NCBI GenBank assembly: GCA_038231795.1
Contig: JBBRKR010000002.1
Coordinates: 90,702 to 154,701 of the forward strand
Reading direction: 5' to 3'
DNA length: 64,000 bases
Origin: Acidimicrobiales bacterium
GTDB taxonomy: Bacteria; Actinomycetota; Acidimicrobiia; Acidimicrobiales; JBBRKR01
The position numbers and the translations under genes are program-made. The notes beneath the pieces are model-generated. The model saw nothing but the letters and a program-made list of their open reading frames with translations. It did no database searches and had not been told where the DNA came from. Positions 40,568 through 50,157 of the stretch are shown here, in pieces (position 1 is the stretch's first letter; every line of letters begins with the position of its first letter).

Positions 40568-41554
40568 GTGACTGGCATGGCAAAGCCGTTACAGGTTCAA
40601 TTGCTGACAGTGGTCCCATCAACACAAACTCGTGAGCTTGGCGGTTCGACGCGCCTAGGGGCCGAGTGGCTAACCGTCGGCACCGGGGTCGCTGTGTTCG
40701 CGGCGTTCCTCTCGGTCACATTTCTCGGCGGCCGTTGGCCTCTGTGGGTACTCCTCCCATTGCTCGCCGTTACCAGCGCGTGGCACAGTTCGTTTCAACA
40801 CGAACTCCTCCATGGACACCCATTCCAAAACCAAACGGTCAACGATGTGATTGGTTTGCTCTCGCCGCAATTGTGGATTCCGTATCGGGAATATCGGCGT
40901 ACCCACCTCCTGCACCATCGCAATGAGTTTTTGACCATGCCGGGCGTCGACCCGGAGGCGTACTACACCACCCGCCAAGTTTGGCGAGGGCGTAACTGGT
41001 TTGAGAAGACGTTGTTTCGGGCTAATCGAACACTGCTCGGCCGCCTAACAGTAGGTCCATTTCTAGTGATAGCCAGCTCGCTCAAAGCCGAGATTCCGCG
41101 AGTGATCAACGGCGAAGGCCGCGCCCGTCGCAGCTGGGCGGAACACGTGGTGGCCAACGGCATCGTGCTGTGGTGGGTTGTGAGCATGTGCAACATGCGG
41201 GTGTGGGTGTACCTCGTTGGCGCTGTGTATGGCGGGTTGGCCTTGGTGCTCCATCGCAGTTTTATCGAGCATCGGTTCGTGGCGGCCGACCGTGGGCGTA
41301 CGGCAATGGTCCAAGCTGGCCCGTTTTGGGCATTGCTGTACCTCAACAACAACTTGCACGACACGCACCACGAGCAGCCCCGTGCCCCGTGGTACCAGCT
41401 TCCTGCGCTAAGTGAACAGCTCGATTCAGCCACTAAGGCGCAAGCGGGTGGGGGCTTGTATCGCGGGTACTGGGACGTTGCTCGCCGGTATGGCCTGCGG
41501 CCATTTGATCAATCGGTGCACCCAAGCGAACTCGGTCTACAGTCCACTCGGTGA
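40568..41554 (+). CDS. membrane fatty acid desaturase-family di-iron protein
   Basis: 328 aa with three His boxes (HELLHGH, HLLHH, HDTHHEQP) and TM helices. The start is GTG at 40568 or ATG at 40577. Confidence 0.8.
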   Translation: MTGMAKPLQVQLLTVVPSTQTRELGGSTRLGAEWLTVGTGVAVFAAFLSVTFLGGRWPLWVLLPLLAVTSAWHSSFQHELLHGHPFQNQTVNDVIGLLSPQLWIPYREYRRTHLLHHRNEFLTMPGVDPEAYYTTRQVWRGRNWFEKTLFRANRTLLGRLTVGPFLVIASSLKAEIPRVINGEGRARRSWAEHVVANGIVLWWVVSMCNMRVWVYLVGAVYGGLALVLHRSFIEHRFVAADRGRTAMVQAGPFWALLYLNNNLHDTHHEQPRAPWYQLPALSEQLDSATKAQAGGGLYRGYWDVARRYGLRPFDQSVHPSELGLQSTR

Positions 41555-42330
41555 GCCCCGTTGCGACCTTGCCAATGTACGACCTGCCGGAGGTCGTTGG
41601 CCATACGAACGCTTTGTGGAATGCCATTGGCAGTCGAATTGATGGCGCCCCAAAATGGCTCACTCGTCCGACATCGACGCCCGAAATGCATGCATTGTGG
41701 AAGCATCCCGAGCTCGTGCTCGGACAGACATGCGGGTGGCCTCTTGTCACGGAGTTGTGGCCGTTGGTGATGAGCGGCGCGTTGAGCGTCGTAGGGACGT
41801 TTTGGTATCACGCGTCGACCGAAGATGGTTATTACAACGCCAATCACGTGTACCCAAATCCGAGGGGTGCCGTTCATTCGCCGCGCTCGGCGGTGAATTC
41901 TTACGACAGCTTGTCGGGGTGGGTAAGCCACGCGTATCGAAATACCGAAGCCATTACCTCGGTCCTGCTCACGGGCTCACACGTCGAGACGTTGCGGGCG
42001 ATTCAATCGAACACAGCCGACATGGGCACCATTGATGCAGTTACCTATGACCTCCTTCGCCGCCATCGCCCTGAGGCCGTGAGTGGGATTTTGGTCAGTA
42101 AAGGAGACCTTCGGGTGCCATGCCTTCCACTCATCACGACCCGGCCGGTGGAGGAAATTCGAGAAGCGATCGTGGACGCCCTCGCTCAGCCTGAATTGGC
42201 CACCGACCTCGACGCGCTTGCAATTTACGAATTCGTGCCGATGGACGCTTCGCATTACGAGCACCTACTTCGATACTCTGGCGATGCGAATTTCCGTTAC
42301 GATCGTCCCGGTAATTCTTTGCGAAATTAA
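41551..42330 (+). CDS. PhnD/SsuA-like substrate-binding-fold protein without signal peptide
   Basis: 259 aa with a GTGA overlap with the desaturase stop. The motifs PMYDLPEV, GQTCGWPLVTEL, NSYDSLSG, TGSHVETLRAIQ and IDAVTYDLLRRHRPE match the phosphonate-bd (PF12974-type) family as I remember it. Confidence 0.7.
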   Translation: MSPVATLPMYDLPEVVGHTNALWNAIGSRIDGAPKWLTRPTSTPEMHALWKHPELVLGQTCGWPLVTELWPLVMSGALSVVGTFWYHASTEDGYYNANHVYPNPRGAVHSPRSAVNSYDSLSGWVSHAYRNTEAITSVLLTGSHVETLRAIQSNTADMGTIDAVTYDLLRRHRPEAVSGILVSKGDLRVPCLPLITTRPVEEIREAIVDALAQPELATDLDALAIYEFVPMDASHYEHLLRYSGDANFRYDRPGNSLRN

Positions 42331-42378
42331 CCGGCCGCATTGCCGTCATATTTTGCTGACCAACGAGGGAGTGCACGA

Positions 42379-43932
42379 ATGAGCGAACCAGAATCAGCCG
42401 AGCCGCGTAAGCGTCGTGGCGGTCGCAGCGATGCCGTGCGCAGTCGTCTGCCCGAACAGGTCGCTTACAACCAGCCGCGGCTCCGGTACGCCCCCACAGA
42501 GGTCGTTTCGGCCGACGAGTTGGAGTCGATTCACAACGCGTCGCTCACAATTCTGGAAACCACGGGCATGGATTTCCTGGACGATGAAGCACGCCGTCTG
42601 CTCAAAGATGCGGGCGCCGATGTAAGGCCCGGAAGTGAGCGTGTTCGCTTCGACCGGGACATGATTCTTGAACGCATCAAAACGGTGCCCAAGCAGTTCA
42701 CGTTGCACTCGCGCAACCCAGCCCACAACATCGAAATCGGCGGCAACTATGTGTCGTATGGATCGGTGGCCAGTGCCCCCAATGTGTACGACATGGATAG
42801 GGGCCGGCGGGTCGGCAATCACGAGGATTATAAGAATCTGCTCCGCCTAAGCCAGATGCTCAACACGGTGCACTTTATAGCCGGATACCCCGTGGAGCCC
42901 ATCGACATTCACGCATCAGTACGCCATCTCGACGCCACCTACGACGCCTTAACCCTGACCGATAAGCCTATCCACGCCTATAGTTTGGGTCGTCAACGCA
43001 ACCAGGATTGCCTGGAACTCGTGCGATTGGCCCGCGGTATTGAGGACGCCACTCTCGATCAAGAACCATCGATTTTCACCGTCATCAACTCAAGTTCGCC
43101 ACTGCGTCTCGACACGCCAATGTTGCACGGAATTCTGGAATTTTCTGCCCGCAATCAAGTGATCGTGCTGACGCCATTCACGTTGTCGGGAGCAATGGCC
43201 CCCATCACGTTGGCTGGGGCGTTGGCGCAACAAAATGCAGAAGCACTGGCCGGCATCACATTGACTCAAGTGGTGCGCCCGGGATCGCCTGCGGTCTACG
43301 GCGGCTTTACCAGCAACGTGGATATGCAATCGGGCGCACCTGCATTCGGCACTCCGGAATTCATGCGCACCGCAATGGTCGGTGGGCAACTTGCTCGGCG
43401 GTATGGCTTTCCGTATCGCAGCTCCAACGTGTGCGCGGCCAATGCCCTCGACATGCAAGCGGCCTGGGAATCAGTCTTTTCCATCTGGGGAGCGTTGATG
43501 GGTGGCGTGAACATGATGATGCACGGCGCTGGATGGATGGAAGGCGGCCTGCACGCCGGTTACGAAAAAATGATCGTGGATGCCGAGCTTCTACAAATGG
43601 TGACTGCGTTCATGGAACCCATTGCTGTCGACAACGACTCTCTGGCGTTGGAGGCCATTGAAGAGGTCGGGCCTGGTGGTCACTTTTTTGGCACGTCGCA
43701 CACTCAAGCCCGCTTTCGCACGGCGTTCCATCACCCGATGTTGAGCGATTGGCGCAACTGGGAATCGTGGGAAGAAGCCGGCTCACCACAGACTCCTGGC
43801 AAGGCCAACGCCATCTGGAAGGAAATGCTCAACGCGTACGAGGCGCCATCAATTGATGACGCAGCGCGCGAAGGGATGGCGGCGTTCGTGAGTCGTCGCA
43901 AAGCCGCCGGTGGCGTCCCTACCGACTTCTAA
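42379..43932 (+). CDS. trimethylamine methyltransferase (MttB) superfamily protein, non-pyrrolysine type
   Basis: I moved the start to the ATG at 42379 (GAGGGA upstream), giving about 517 aa. The family-typical N-terminus is ADELESIHNASLTILETTGM, and length fits the family. The ORF is uninterrupted, with no internal TAG. Confidence 0.85.
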   Translation: MSEPESAEPRKRRGGRSDAVRSRLPEQVAYNQPRLRYAPTEVVSADELESIHNASLTILETTGMDFLDDEARRLLKDAGADVRPGSERVRFDRDMILERIKTVPKQFTLHSRNPAHNIEIGGNYVSYGSVASAPNVYDMDRGRRVGNHEDYKNLLRLSQMLNTVHFIAGYPVEPIDIHASVRHLDATYDALTLTDKPIHAYSLGRQRNQDCLELVRLARGIEDATLDQEPSIFTVINSSSPLRLDTPMLHGILEFSARNQVIVLTPFTLSGAMAPITLAGALAQQNAEALAGITLTQVVRPGSPAVYGGFTSNVDMQSGAPAFGTPEFMRTAMVGGQLARRYGFPYRSSNVCAANALDMQAAWESVFSIWGALMGGVNMMMHGAGWMEGGLHAGYEKMIVDAELLQMVTAFMEPIAVDNDSLALEAIEEVGPGGHFFGTSHTQARFRTAFHHPMLSDWRNWESWEEAGSPQTPGKANAIWKEMLNAYEAPSIDDAAREGMAAFVSRRKAAGGVPTDF

Positions 43933-43972
43933 TCAGCTAGAAATTGAACATCTACAACAAAGGATTGTGCTC

Positions 43973-46408
43973 GTGAAGTCATCGGCTCAGGTCGTCGTTA
44001 TTGGTGGTGGGGTAGTGGGGTGCAGTGTGCTGTATCACCTCACGAAGGCCGGTTGGACCGACGTTGTTTTGTTGGAACGCAAAGAACTCACGGCTGGTTC
44101 TACGTGGCATTCTGCGGGTGGCATGCACACCCTCAACGGTGACCCCAATGTGTCAAAATTGCAGCAGTACACGATCGAGCTCTACAAAGAAATCGAGAAG
44201 GTTTCTGGGCAAGATTGCAGTATCCATTTGCCAGGCGGCCTCATGTTGGCCGATACCGAAGTGCGCATGGACTGGCTGAAGATGGCCAAAGCCCGAGGCC
44301 GCTATCTGGGAATGGACCTCGACATCATCAGCTCCAAAGAGGCTGCTGATCTGTTCCCCCTACTTGATCCCAAGTACTTCGTGGGGGCGCTGTACGACCC
44401 TGTAGAAGGTCACGTGGATCCATCTGGTGTCACCCACGCATATGCCAAAGCAGCGCGCATGGCGGGCGCCGAGGTGTATCGCAACAACTGGGTTACAGGG
44501 CTCCAACATCGCCCAGATGGCACATGGACGGTGATTGCCGAACAGGGTGAAATTCACGCAGAACACGTGGTGAACTGTGGTGGTTTGTGGGCCCGCGAAG
44601 TAGGCCGTATGGCTGGTATCGAGCTGCCCGTGTTGGCCATGGAGCACATGTATATGGTCACAGAAGAAATGCCAGAAGTGGCAGCTCACTTCGCCGCTAC
44701 CGGCAAGGAAATGCCGATGGCCCTCGACTTCGCCGGCGAAATCTACATTCGTCAAGAACAAGGCGGCATGTTGCTTGGCACCTACGAGCAACAAGCCAAG
44801 GCGTGGTCGCCACGCACGACGCCATGGAACTTTGGTTTCGAACTCTTGACGCCCGATGTCGACCGCATCGCTCCCGAACTGGAAGTAGCGTTTAAGCATT
44901 ACCCGGCGATGGCTACCGCTGGTATCAAGAAGATTGTCAACGGACCATTTACGTTTTCGCCAGACGGCAACCCGCTCGTAGGGCCGATACGCGGCAAGCA
45001 AAACTATTGGGTGGCGTGCGCGGTGATGGCCGGCCTGAGCCAAGGTGGCGGCGTAGGTTTGGCGCTCGCCAACTGGATGACGCAAGGCGACCCCGGCCTT
45101 GATATCTGGGGCATGGACGTCGCTCGCTATGGCGATTACGCAACGTTGGCGTACACCAATGCCAAGGTGAACGAAAATTATCGTCGCCGTTTTCGCATCA
45201 CATTTCCCAACGAAGAGCTGCCAGCTGGACGCCCGCTGCACACCACCCCCATTTACGATCGACTCACCGAACACAACGCGGTGTGGGGTGCGTCGTTCGG
45301 CCTCGAGCACCCACTGTGGTTCCAAGAGCCCGGCAAAGATCCAGTGGAAGACGTCACCTTCAAACGGTCGAATGCGTTCGACATTGTGGCAGAGGAGTGC
45401 CGCGCCGTACGCGAAGCAGTGGGCCTAACCGAGACGTCCAACTTCGCCAAATATCACGTGAGTGGCAGCGATAGTGCGGCGTGGCTGCAGGGCCTGTTCA
45501 CTAACGCGTTGCCGCGTATCGGGCGTGTGATTTTGACAGCCATGCTGACGCCACGCGGGTTCATCGCCGGTGAATTTTCGGTGGCTCGAGTGGGCGCCAA
45601 CGAGTTCTATCTGTTCGGTTCCCAAGCCGCTGAAGTACACCATTCTCGTTGGTTCCTCAGCCATATTCCCGCTGGCGCCGACGTGAATTTCAAGGTGCTG
45701 GCCCTCGACCTTGTGGGCCTCAGCATTGCCGGTCCTCACGCTCGTGACGTACTGCAATCTGTCGTAGGCGACGACGTGAGCAACGACGCTTTCAAGTTCA
45801 TGGAGTTCCGTCAGATGGACGTTGGCATGGTGCCCGCCCACGTAGGTCGCATGACGTACTCAGGTGACCTGGGTTACGAAATTTGGATGGCCCCCGAATA
45901 TCAGCGCATGGCTTTCGACATGTTGTGGAAGGCCGGCCAGCCCTATGGCATGAAGCTATTTGGGTTCCGGGCGTTGATGAGTTTGCGTCTCGAGAAAAAC
46001 TTCGGCACATGGTTCCGTGAGTACCGCCCGATCTATACGCCGCTCGAAGCCGGCATGGAGCGCTACCTCAAATTGGACCACGAGTTCATGGGTCGTGAAG
46101 CGCTCGAAGCGGAAATGAAAGTTGGACCAGGCCGCAAGTTGGTGGCCATGGTCGTTGACGTTGACGTTGACGGTGCCGATGTGATCGGCGACGAGCCGAT
46201 TTGGCACGACGGCAAAGTGGTCGGTTGGGTCACATCAGGCGGGTACGTTCACTACTCCAAGAAGTCATTGGCCCTTGGCTACATTCCCGCCGAATTGGCC
46301 ACCCGCACTGACGAGGTATTCGAGATCGAAATCATCGGCGAGCGACGCACGGCTCGTTTGCAACTTCAGCCGTTGCTCGATCCCGCCGGCCAACGTATGC
46401 GGAGCTAG
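43973..46408 (+). CDS. dimethylglycine/sarcosine dehydrogenase-like FAD oxidoreductase with C-terminal GcvT folate-binding domain
   Basis: The track ORF starts at 43910 inside mttB. I prefer the GTG at 43973 (AAAGGA 9 nt upstream; the GTG at 43967 is also possible). It has a DAO motif (VVVIGGGVVGCS) and an aminomethyltransferase-like C-terminal half. Confidence 0.85.
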   Translation: MKSSAQVVVIGGGVVGCSVLYHLTKAGWTDVVLLERKELTAGSTWHSAGGMHTLNGDPNVSKLQQYTIELYKEIEKVSGQDCSIHLPGGLMLADTEVRMDWLKMAKARGRYLGMDLDIISSKEAADLFPLLDPKYFVGALYDPVEGHVDPSGVTHAYAKAARMAGAEVYRNNWVTGLQHRPDGTWTVIAEQGEIHAEHVVNCGGLWAREVGRMAGIELPVLAMEHMYMVTEEMPEVAAHFAATGKEMPMALDFAGEIYIRQEQGGMLLGTYEQQAKAWSPRTTPWNFGFELLTPDVDRIAPELEVAFKHYPAMATAGIKKIVNGPFTFSPDGNPLVGPIRGKQNYWVACAVMAGLSQGGGVGLALANWMTQGDPGLDIWGMDVARYGDYATLAYTNAKVNENYRRRFRITFPNEELPAGRPLHTTPIYDRLTEHNAVWGASFGLEHPLWFQEPGKDPVEDVTFKRSNAFDIVAEECRAVREAVGLTETSNFAKYHVSGSDSAAWLQGLFTNALPRIGRVILTAMLTPRGFIAGEFSVARVGANEFYLFGSQAAEVHHSRWFLSHIPAGADVNFKVLALDLVGLSIAGPHARDVLQSVVGDDVSNDAFKFMEFRQMDVGMVPAHVGRMTYSGDLGYEIWMAPEYQRMAFDMLWKAGQPYGMKLFGFRALMSLRLEKNFGTWFREYRPIYTPLEAGMERYLKLDHEFMGREALEAEMKVGPGRKLVAMVVDVDVDGADVIGDEPIWHDGKVVGWVTSGGYVHYSKKSLALGYIPAELATRTDEVFEIEIIGERRTARLQLQPLLDPAGQRMRS

Positions 46409-46410
46409 CG

Positions 46411-48579
46411 ATGGCTCGTTTCGTGATCGACGGCCAGCCCCTTGACTATGAGCCTGGCGATTCATTGGCGGTGGCGCTGTTTCGATCCGGACATCACCCA
46501 GCCCACGGCGGCACGTTGTGCCTGGCCGGCGATTGCGGAAACTGTGTTGCTGAAGTGAACGGAACAGCCTACGTACGTACGTGTCAAACCCTTGCTGCGC
46601 CAGGCACTGTGGTCAATCGGCATCCCGCAGTCGGCGCCCCGAAGTTTCGCTCGGTGCCGCAGAAAAATCCGGTCGAGACGCCGTTGGCGAGTGAGATCCC
46701 CGTGCGTCGCCGGTCGGCAGATGTGGTGGTCATCGGGTGTGGAGATTCGGGCGCGAATGCCGCGGCCCGCGCCGAGGCGGATGGGCGTCAGGTGACCATG
46801 CTGGACTCGAAGTTGGGTCACGAAGTTGTGGGTGTGTACGGCGGCCCGTCAGTGATCGTGCGCAGCCACGAGGGCATGACGCACCTCCATGCGCACGACG
46901 TGGTCATCTCCACCGGTGCCGCAGAACTACACCCCGTCTGCGAGGGCAATTTGCTCAAGGGCGCTGTCACAAAAAAGGCAGCAGAGTTGTTGTTGGCCGC
47001 TGGTGTTGAGCTGCCCCAAATGGTCACCGTTACCGATACTCCGCAACGCATCATCGGCAATGAAAATGGGTGGATCCGCGAAGTCGTGTTAGCCGGCGGC
47101 GAGACCGTGCCGTGCCACGTATTGGTGGTTGATCTCGGGCTTGCGCCACGTGACCTGTTGGCCCGAATGACTGACGAATCAAACGTCACAGTCGTAGGCC
47201 CGGCCGCCCAAAAATATTCTTTGCCGCCCTGCCCCACGAGCGGTTTCGTGTGCCCGTGCTCCAAGATCACTGTCGAAGATATCGATGGCGTGTGGGACCG
47301 TGGTTTTCACGAGCTCGAATTGGTGAAGCGATCGGCTCTGGTGGGTACTGGCACATGCCAAGGCGGGGCGTGCTTGCCTCACCTTCAGGCCTACGTGAAT
47401 GAGAAATCAGGTGCAGAATCCAAGCCGTTCACGGCCCGCCCGATTGCCCGCCAGTTGACGATCGGCGAAGCAGCGGCGGGCGCTTACGTGGACACCTTTC
47501 GCCGCACGGGGCTGCATGACGAGCACCTCAAACTGGGTGCCAACATGGACCGATTTGGCGGTTGGTGGCGGCCATGGAACTACGGAGATTTCCTGCAGGA
47601 ATATTGGGCAGTGCGCGAAGCCGTCTCCCTCGGCGATGTGAGCACACTCGGCAAGATGGTGATCTCTGGTCCCGATGCTCTCGAGGTTTTGGAACGCCTG
47701 TATCCCAACAACGTTTTTGATATCAAGCCCGGCCGCAGTCGTTATGTGTTGTTGCTCAACGAGCGAGGCCATCTCCTCGACGACGGCATGATCTGCCGCG
47801 AGTCCGACACACGCTTCGTGCTCACATTTACATCCGGTGGCGCGTCCTTCGCCGAGATGTGGGTACGGGACTGGATCGAAACGTGGGGTCTTGATGCCCA
47901 TGTGCTGGATCGCACTACATCGCTGGGAGCCATAAACGTAACTGGCCCGTTTGCCAAAGAATTACTGAGTCGAGTGGGCGTGAGTGATCCGCCGAAATTC
48001 TTGCAGCACACGCATATCGAAGTGGCCGGCGTGCCGTGTCATGTGATGCGGTTGAGCTTCACTGGCGAGGCGTCCTTCGAGCTCCACCACCCCATAGACC
48101 GGTCGGCTGAATTGTGGCAAGCCCTCATGGCGGCCGGCGCCGACCTCGGCATCCGGCCTCACGGGTTGCAAGCGCTATTTGCCCTTCGGCTCGAAAAGGG
48201 TCACGTGATTGTGGGTATGGATTCCGAGCTGGATTCCTCGCCTCGCCGTCTGCAATTGGAATGGGCTGTAAAGATGGACAAGCCCTACTTCGTGGGACGC
48301 GAAGCACTGGCCAGAGTGATGCCGCTGCCGAACCACCGCCAACTGTTTGGCTTCACAATGGACAGTCCAGGGCCTGTAGAAGGTGCGCCAATTTTCGACG
48401 GCCCCGACATCGTGGGTCACGTTGCTTCGAGTTTCGATTCGCCGTTGTTGGGTGAGGCCGTGATGTTGGGCTGGCTCAAACGCACGCCATTTCCCACCGA
48501 GGTCACCATCAACGGACGCACCGCCACCGTTGCCCACACACCGTTCTACGACAAAGAAGGCGGCAGGGCACGTGGATAA
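46411..48579 (+). CDS. soxA: sarcosine oxidase alpha subunit family protein (short form)
   Basis: 722 aa. It has an N-terminal 2Fe-2S-like domain (LCLAGDCGNCVAEVNG), the dinucleotide motif VVVIGCGDSGANAA and a C-terminal GcvT domain. Confidence 0.8.
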   Translation: MARFVIDGQPLDYEPGDSLAVALFRSGHHPAHGGTLCLAGDCGNCVAEVNGTAYVRTCQTLAAPGTVVNRHPAVGAPKFRSVPQKNPVETPLASEIPVRRRSADVVVIGCGDSGANAAARAEADGRQVTMLDSKLGHEVVGVYGGPSVIVRSHEGMTHLHAHDVVISTGAAELHPVCEGNLLKGAVTKKAAELLLAAGVELPQMVTVTDTPQRIIGNENGWIREVVLAGGETVPCHVLVVDLGLAPRDLLARMTDESNVTVVGPAAQKYSLPPCPTSGFVCPCSKITVEDIDGVWDRGFHELELVKRSALVGTGTCQGGACLPHLQAYVNEKSGAESKPFTARPIARQLTIGEAAAGAYVDTFRRTGLHDEHLKLGANMDRFGGWWRPWNYGDFLQEYWAVREAVSLGDVSTLGKMVISGPDALEVLERLYPNNVFDIKPGRSRYVLLLNERGHLLDDGMICRESDTRFVLTFTSGGASFAEMWVRDWIETWGLDAHVLDRTTSLGAINVTGPFAKELLSRVGVSDPPKFLQHTHIEVAGVPCHVMRLSFTGEASFELHHPIDRSAELWQALMAAGADLGIRPHGLQALFALRLEKGHVIVGMDSELDSSPRRLQLEWAVKMDKPYFVGREALARVMPLPNHRQLFGFTMDSPGPVEGAPIFDGPDIVGHVASSFDSPLLGEAVMLGWLKRTPFPTEVTINGRTATVAHTPFYDKEGGRARG

Positions 48580-48952
48580 TTTCGACACCATTCATTGTCG
48601 ACGGGTAGTCGCCACCGCTGCCGCGCTTGACGGCGCCACATGGCCGAGCGGCGCTCTGATTTTGCGTATTGCCCCCGATGATGTGTTGGTTATCGGCGAC
48701 GGCGATATCGCTATCGACGATATGCACGCCATCGTCTGCGACGAGGCCGGATTCTCGGGAACGTGGCTCGATTACGAAGCGTTTGCGCCATTCGCCGAAA
48801 GCCACATTCACTGGTCGCTACCAACCGGTCGGTCCGTTCTGGCTCAAGGTCTGCTGGCTCAAGTCCCCGTGAAATTGTGGCTGGGAAGCGACAGCGTTTT
48901 GCTCCTTGTAGCCACAGTTTCGAAACACGAATTGACGGAGCGGCTGGCATGA
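48572..48952 (+). CDS. sarcosine oxidase gamma subunit-like protein (short)
   Basis: A GTG at 48572 overlaps the soxA stop (GTGGATAA), giving about 126 aa. The LRIAPDDVLVIG motif and the overall pattern resemble SoxG. It sits between soxA and soxB. Confidence 0.5.
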   Translation: MDNFDTIHCRRVVATAAALDGATWPSGALILRIAPDDVLVIGDGDIAIDDMHAIVCDEAGFSGTWLDYEAFAPFAESHIHWSLPTGRSVLAQGLLAQVPVKLWLGSDSVLLLVATVSKHELTERLA

Positions 48953-50157
48953 ACGAATTCGTGGAAACCATCTTGGACCTTACGTGGCACGAACCGAAGT
49001 CGAGCTACGACGTGGTGATTGTGGGAGGCGGCGGTCATGGCTTGGCTACTGCTTATTACCTCGCCACTCGGCACGGTATTACCAACGTCGCAGTCATCGA
49101 AAAGGACTACATCGGGTCAGGCAATTCAGGGCGCAACACCACGATTATCCGCGCCAATTACGGCATCCCAGAATCGATTCGTTTTTACTCACACAGCTTG
49201 CGCCTCTACGAGAATCTGGAAGCCGAAACCGGCTGCTGGATCATGCATGCTACAAAAGGCCTGATGTGGCTGGCTCACACGGAATCGGCCATGCGAGCAG
49301 AGCGTGCCCGATGCCAGCTCAACACTGCGTGCGGCACCGAAACCGTGATGGTCACCCCTGCCGAAGCAAAGCAAATCTGCCCACAACTCGACCTCAGCGG
49401 GGGTGGTCGTTACCCGCTGTTGGGAGCTTCGCATCACACTGGCGCAGCCACGGCGCGCCATGACCGCGTGGTGTGGGCCTATGCCCAAGGGGCCATGCGT
49501 CAAGGTGTGCACGTGTTGCAAAATACGGCTGTTACAGGTCTTGTGATGGACGGCGAACGAGTCACTGGGGTGCGCACTCCGCAGGGCATCATTTCGGCAG
49601 GCATTGTGATGAGCGCCGTCGGCGGCGATGTCACCTCGTTGGCGGCCCACGCTGGCGTGCGATTGCCGATTCGTACCCATCCTCTGCAAGCGTTCGTCAC
49701 CAACGGGTACGCCCAGAGTTTCGGGCCCATTATTAGCGACACTGAACTGCTGTGTTACGTGTCGCAGACCGCCCGCGGGCAGATGCTCATCGGCGCCGAA
49801 TTTGATCGCCAGCAAAGCTTTTCGCGGCAATCTACTTTTGATTTCGTGCAATCTGTTTCGGCCAAGCTTTCTCACCTGTTGCCGTTCCTGAGGGATCTAC
49901 GAATCATGCGGCAGTGGACGGGCCGATGCGATGTGTCGAGCGACTTTTCGCCCGTCATGGGGTTCACCGGCGTGGACGGTTTTGTTATCACAACGGGATG
50001 GGGCACATGGGGCTTCAAAGGTATCCCTGCTGGCGGTGAGCAAATGGCACAGCTCATTGCCACTGGGCAGACGCCAGATCTCATCAAACCGTTTGCTCTG
50101 AGCCGGTTCAGTACCGATCACGCCATGGCCGACCAAGGATCGACAGGTACTCGCTGA
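48949..50157 (+). CDS. soxB: sarcosine oxidase beta subunit
   Basis: I moved the start to the ATG at 48949 (ATGA overlap with the upstream stop), giving 402 aa. The sequence includes YDVVIVGGGGHGLATAYYLATRHGITNVAVIEKDYIGSGNSGRNTTIIRANY. Confidence 0.9.
   Translation: MNEFVETILDLTWHEPKSSYDVVIVGGGGHGLATAYYLATRHGITNVAVIEKDYIGSGNSGRNTTIIRANYGIPESIRFYSHSLRLYENLEAETGCWIMHATKGLMWLAHTESAMRAERARCQLNTACGTETVMVTPAEAKQICPQLDLSGGGRYPLLGASHHTGAATARHDRVVWAYAQGAMRQGVHVLQNTAVTGLVMDGERVTGVRTPQGIISAGIVMSAVGGDVTSLAAHAGVRLPIRTHPLQAFVTNGYAQSFGPIISDTELLCYVSQTARGQMLIGAEFDRQQSFSRQSTFDFVQSVSAKLSHLLPFLRDLRIMRQWTGRCDVSSDFSPVMGFTGVDGFVITTGWGTWGFKGIPAGGEQMAQLIATGQTPDLIKPFALSRFSTDHAMADQGSTGTR

Noticed and set aside
44360-45325. 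321-aa minus-strand ORF inside the DMGDH-like gene
   Set aside because: It is antisense to a strongly supported FAD/GcvT gene and has no recognisable motifs. It is a GC-rich shadow ORF. The same reasoning applies to the ORFs at 57065-57949, 24157-25029, 52582-53487, 11993-12730, 37946-38782 and 49189-49875.
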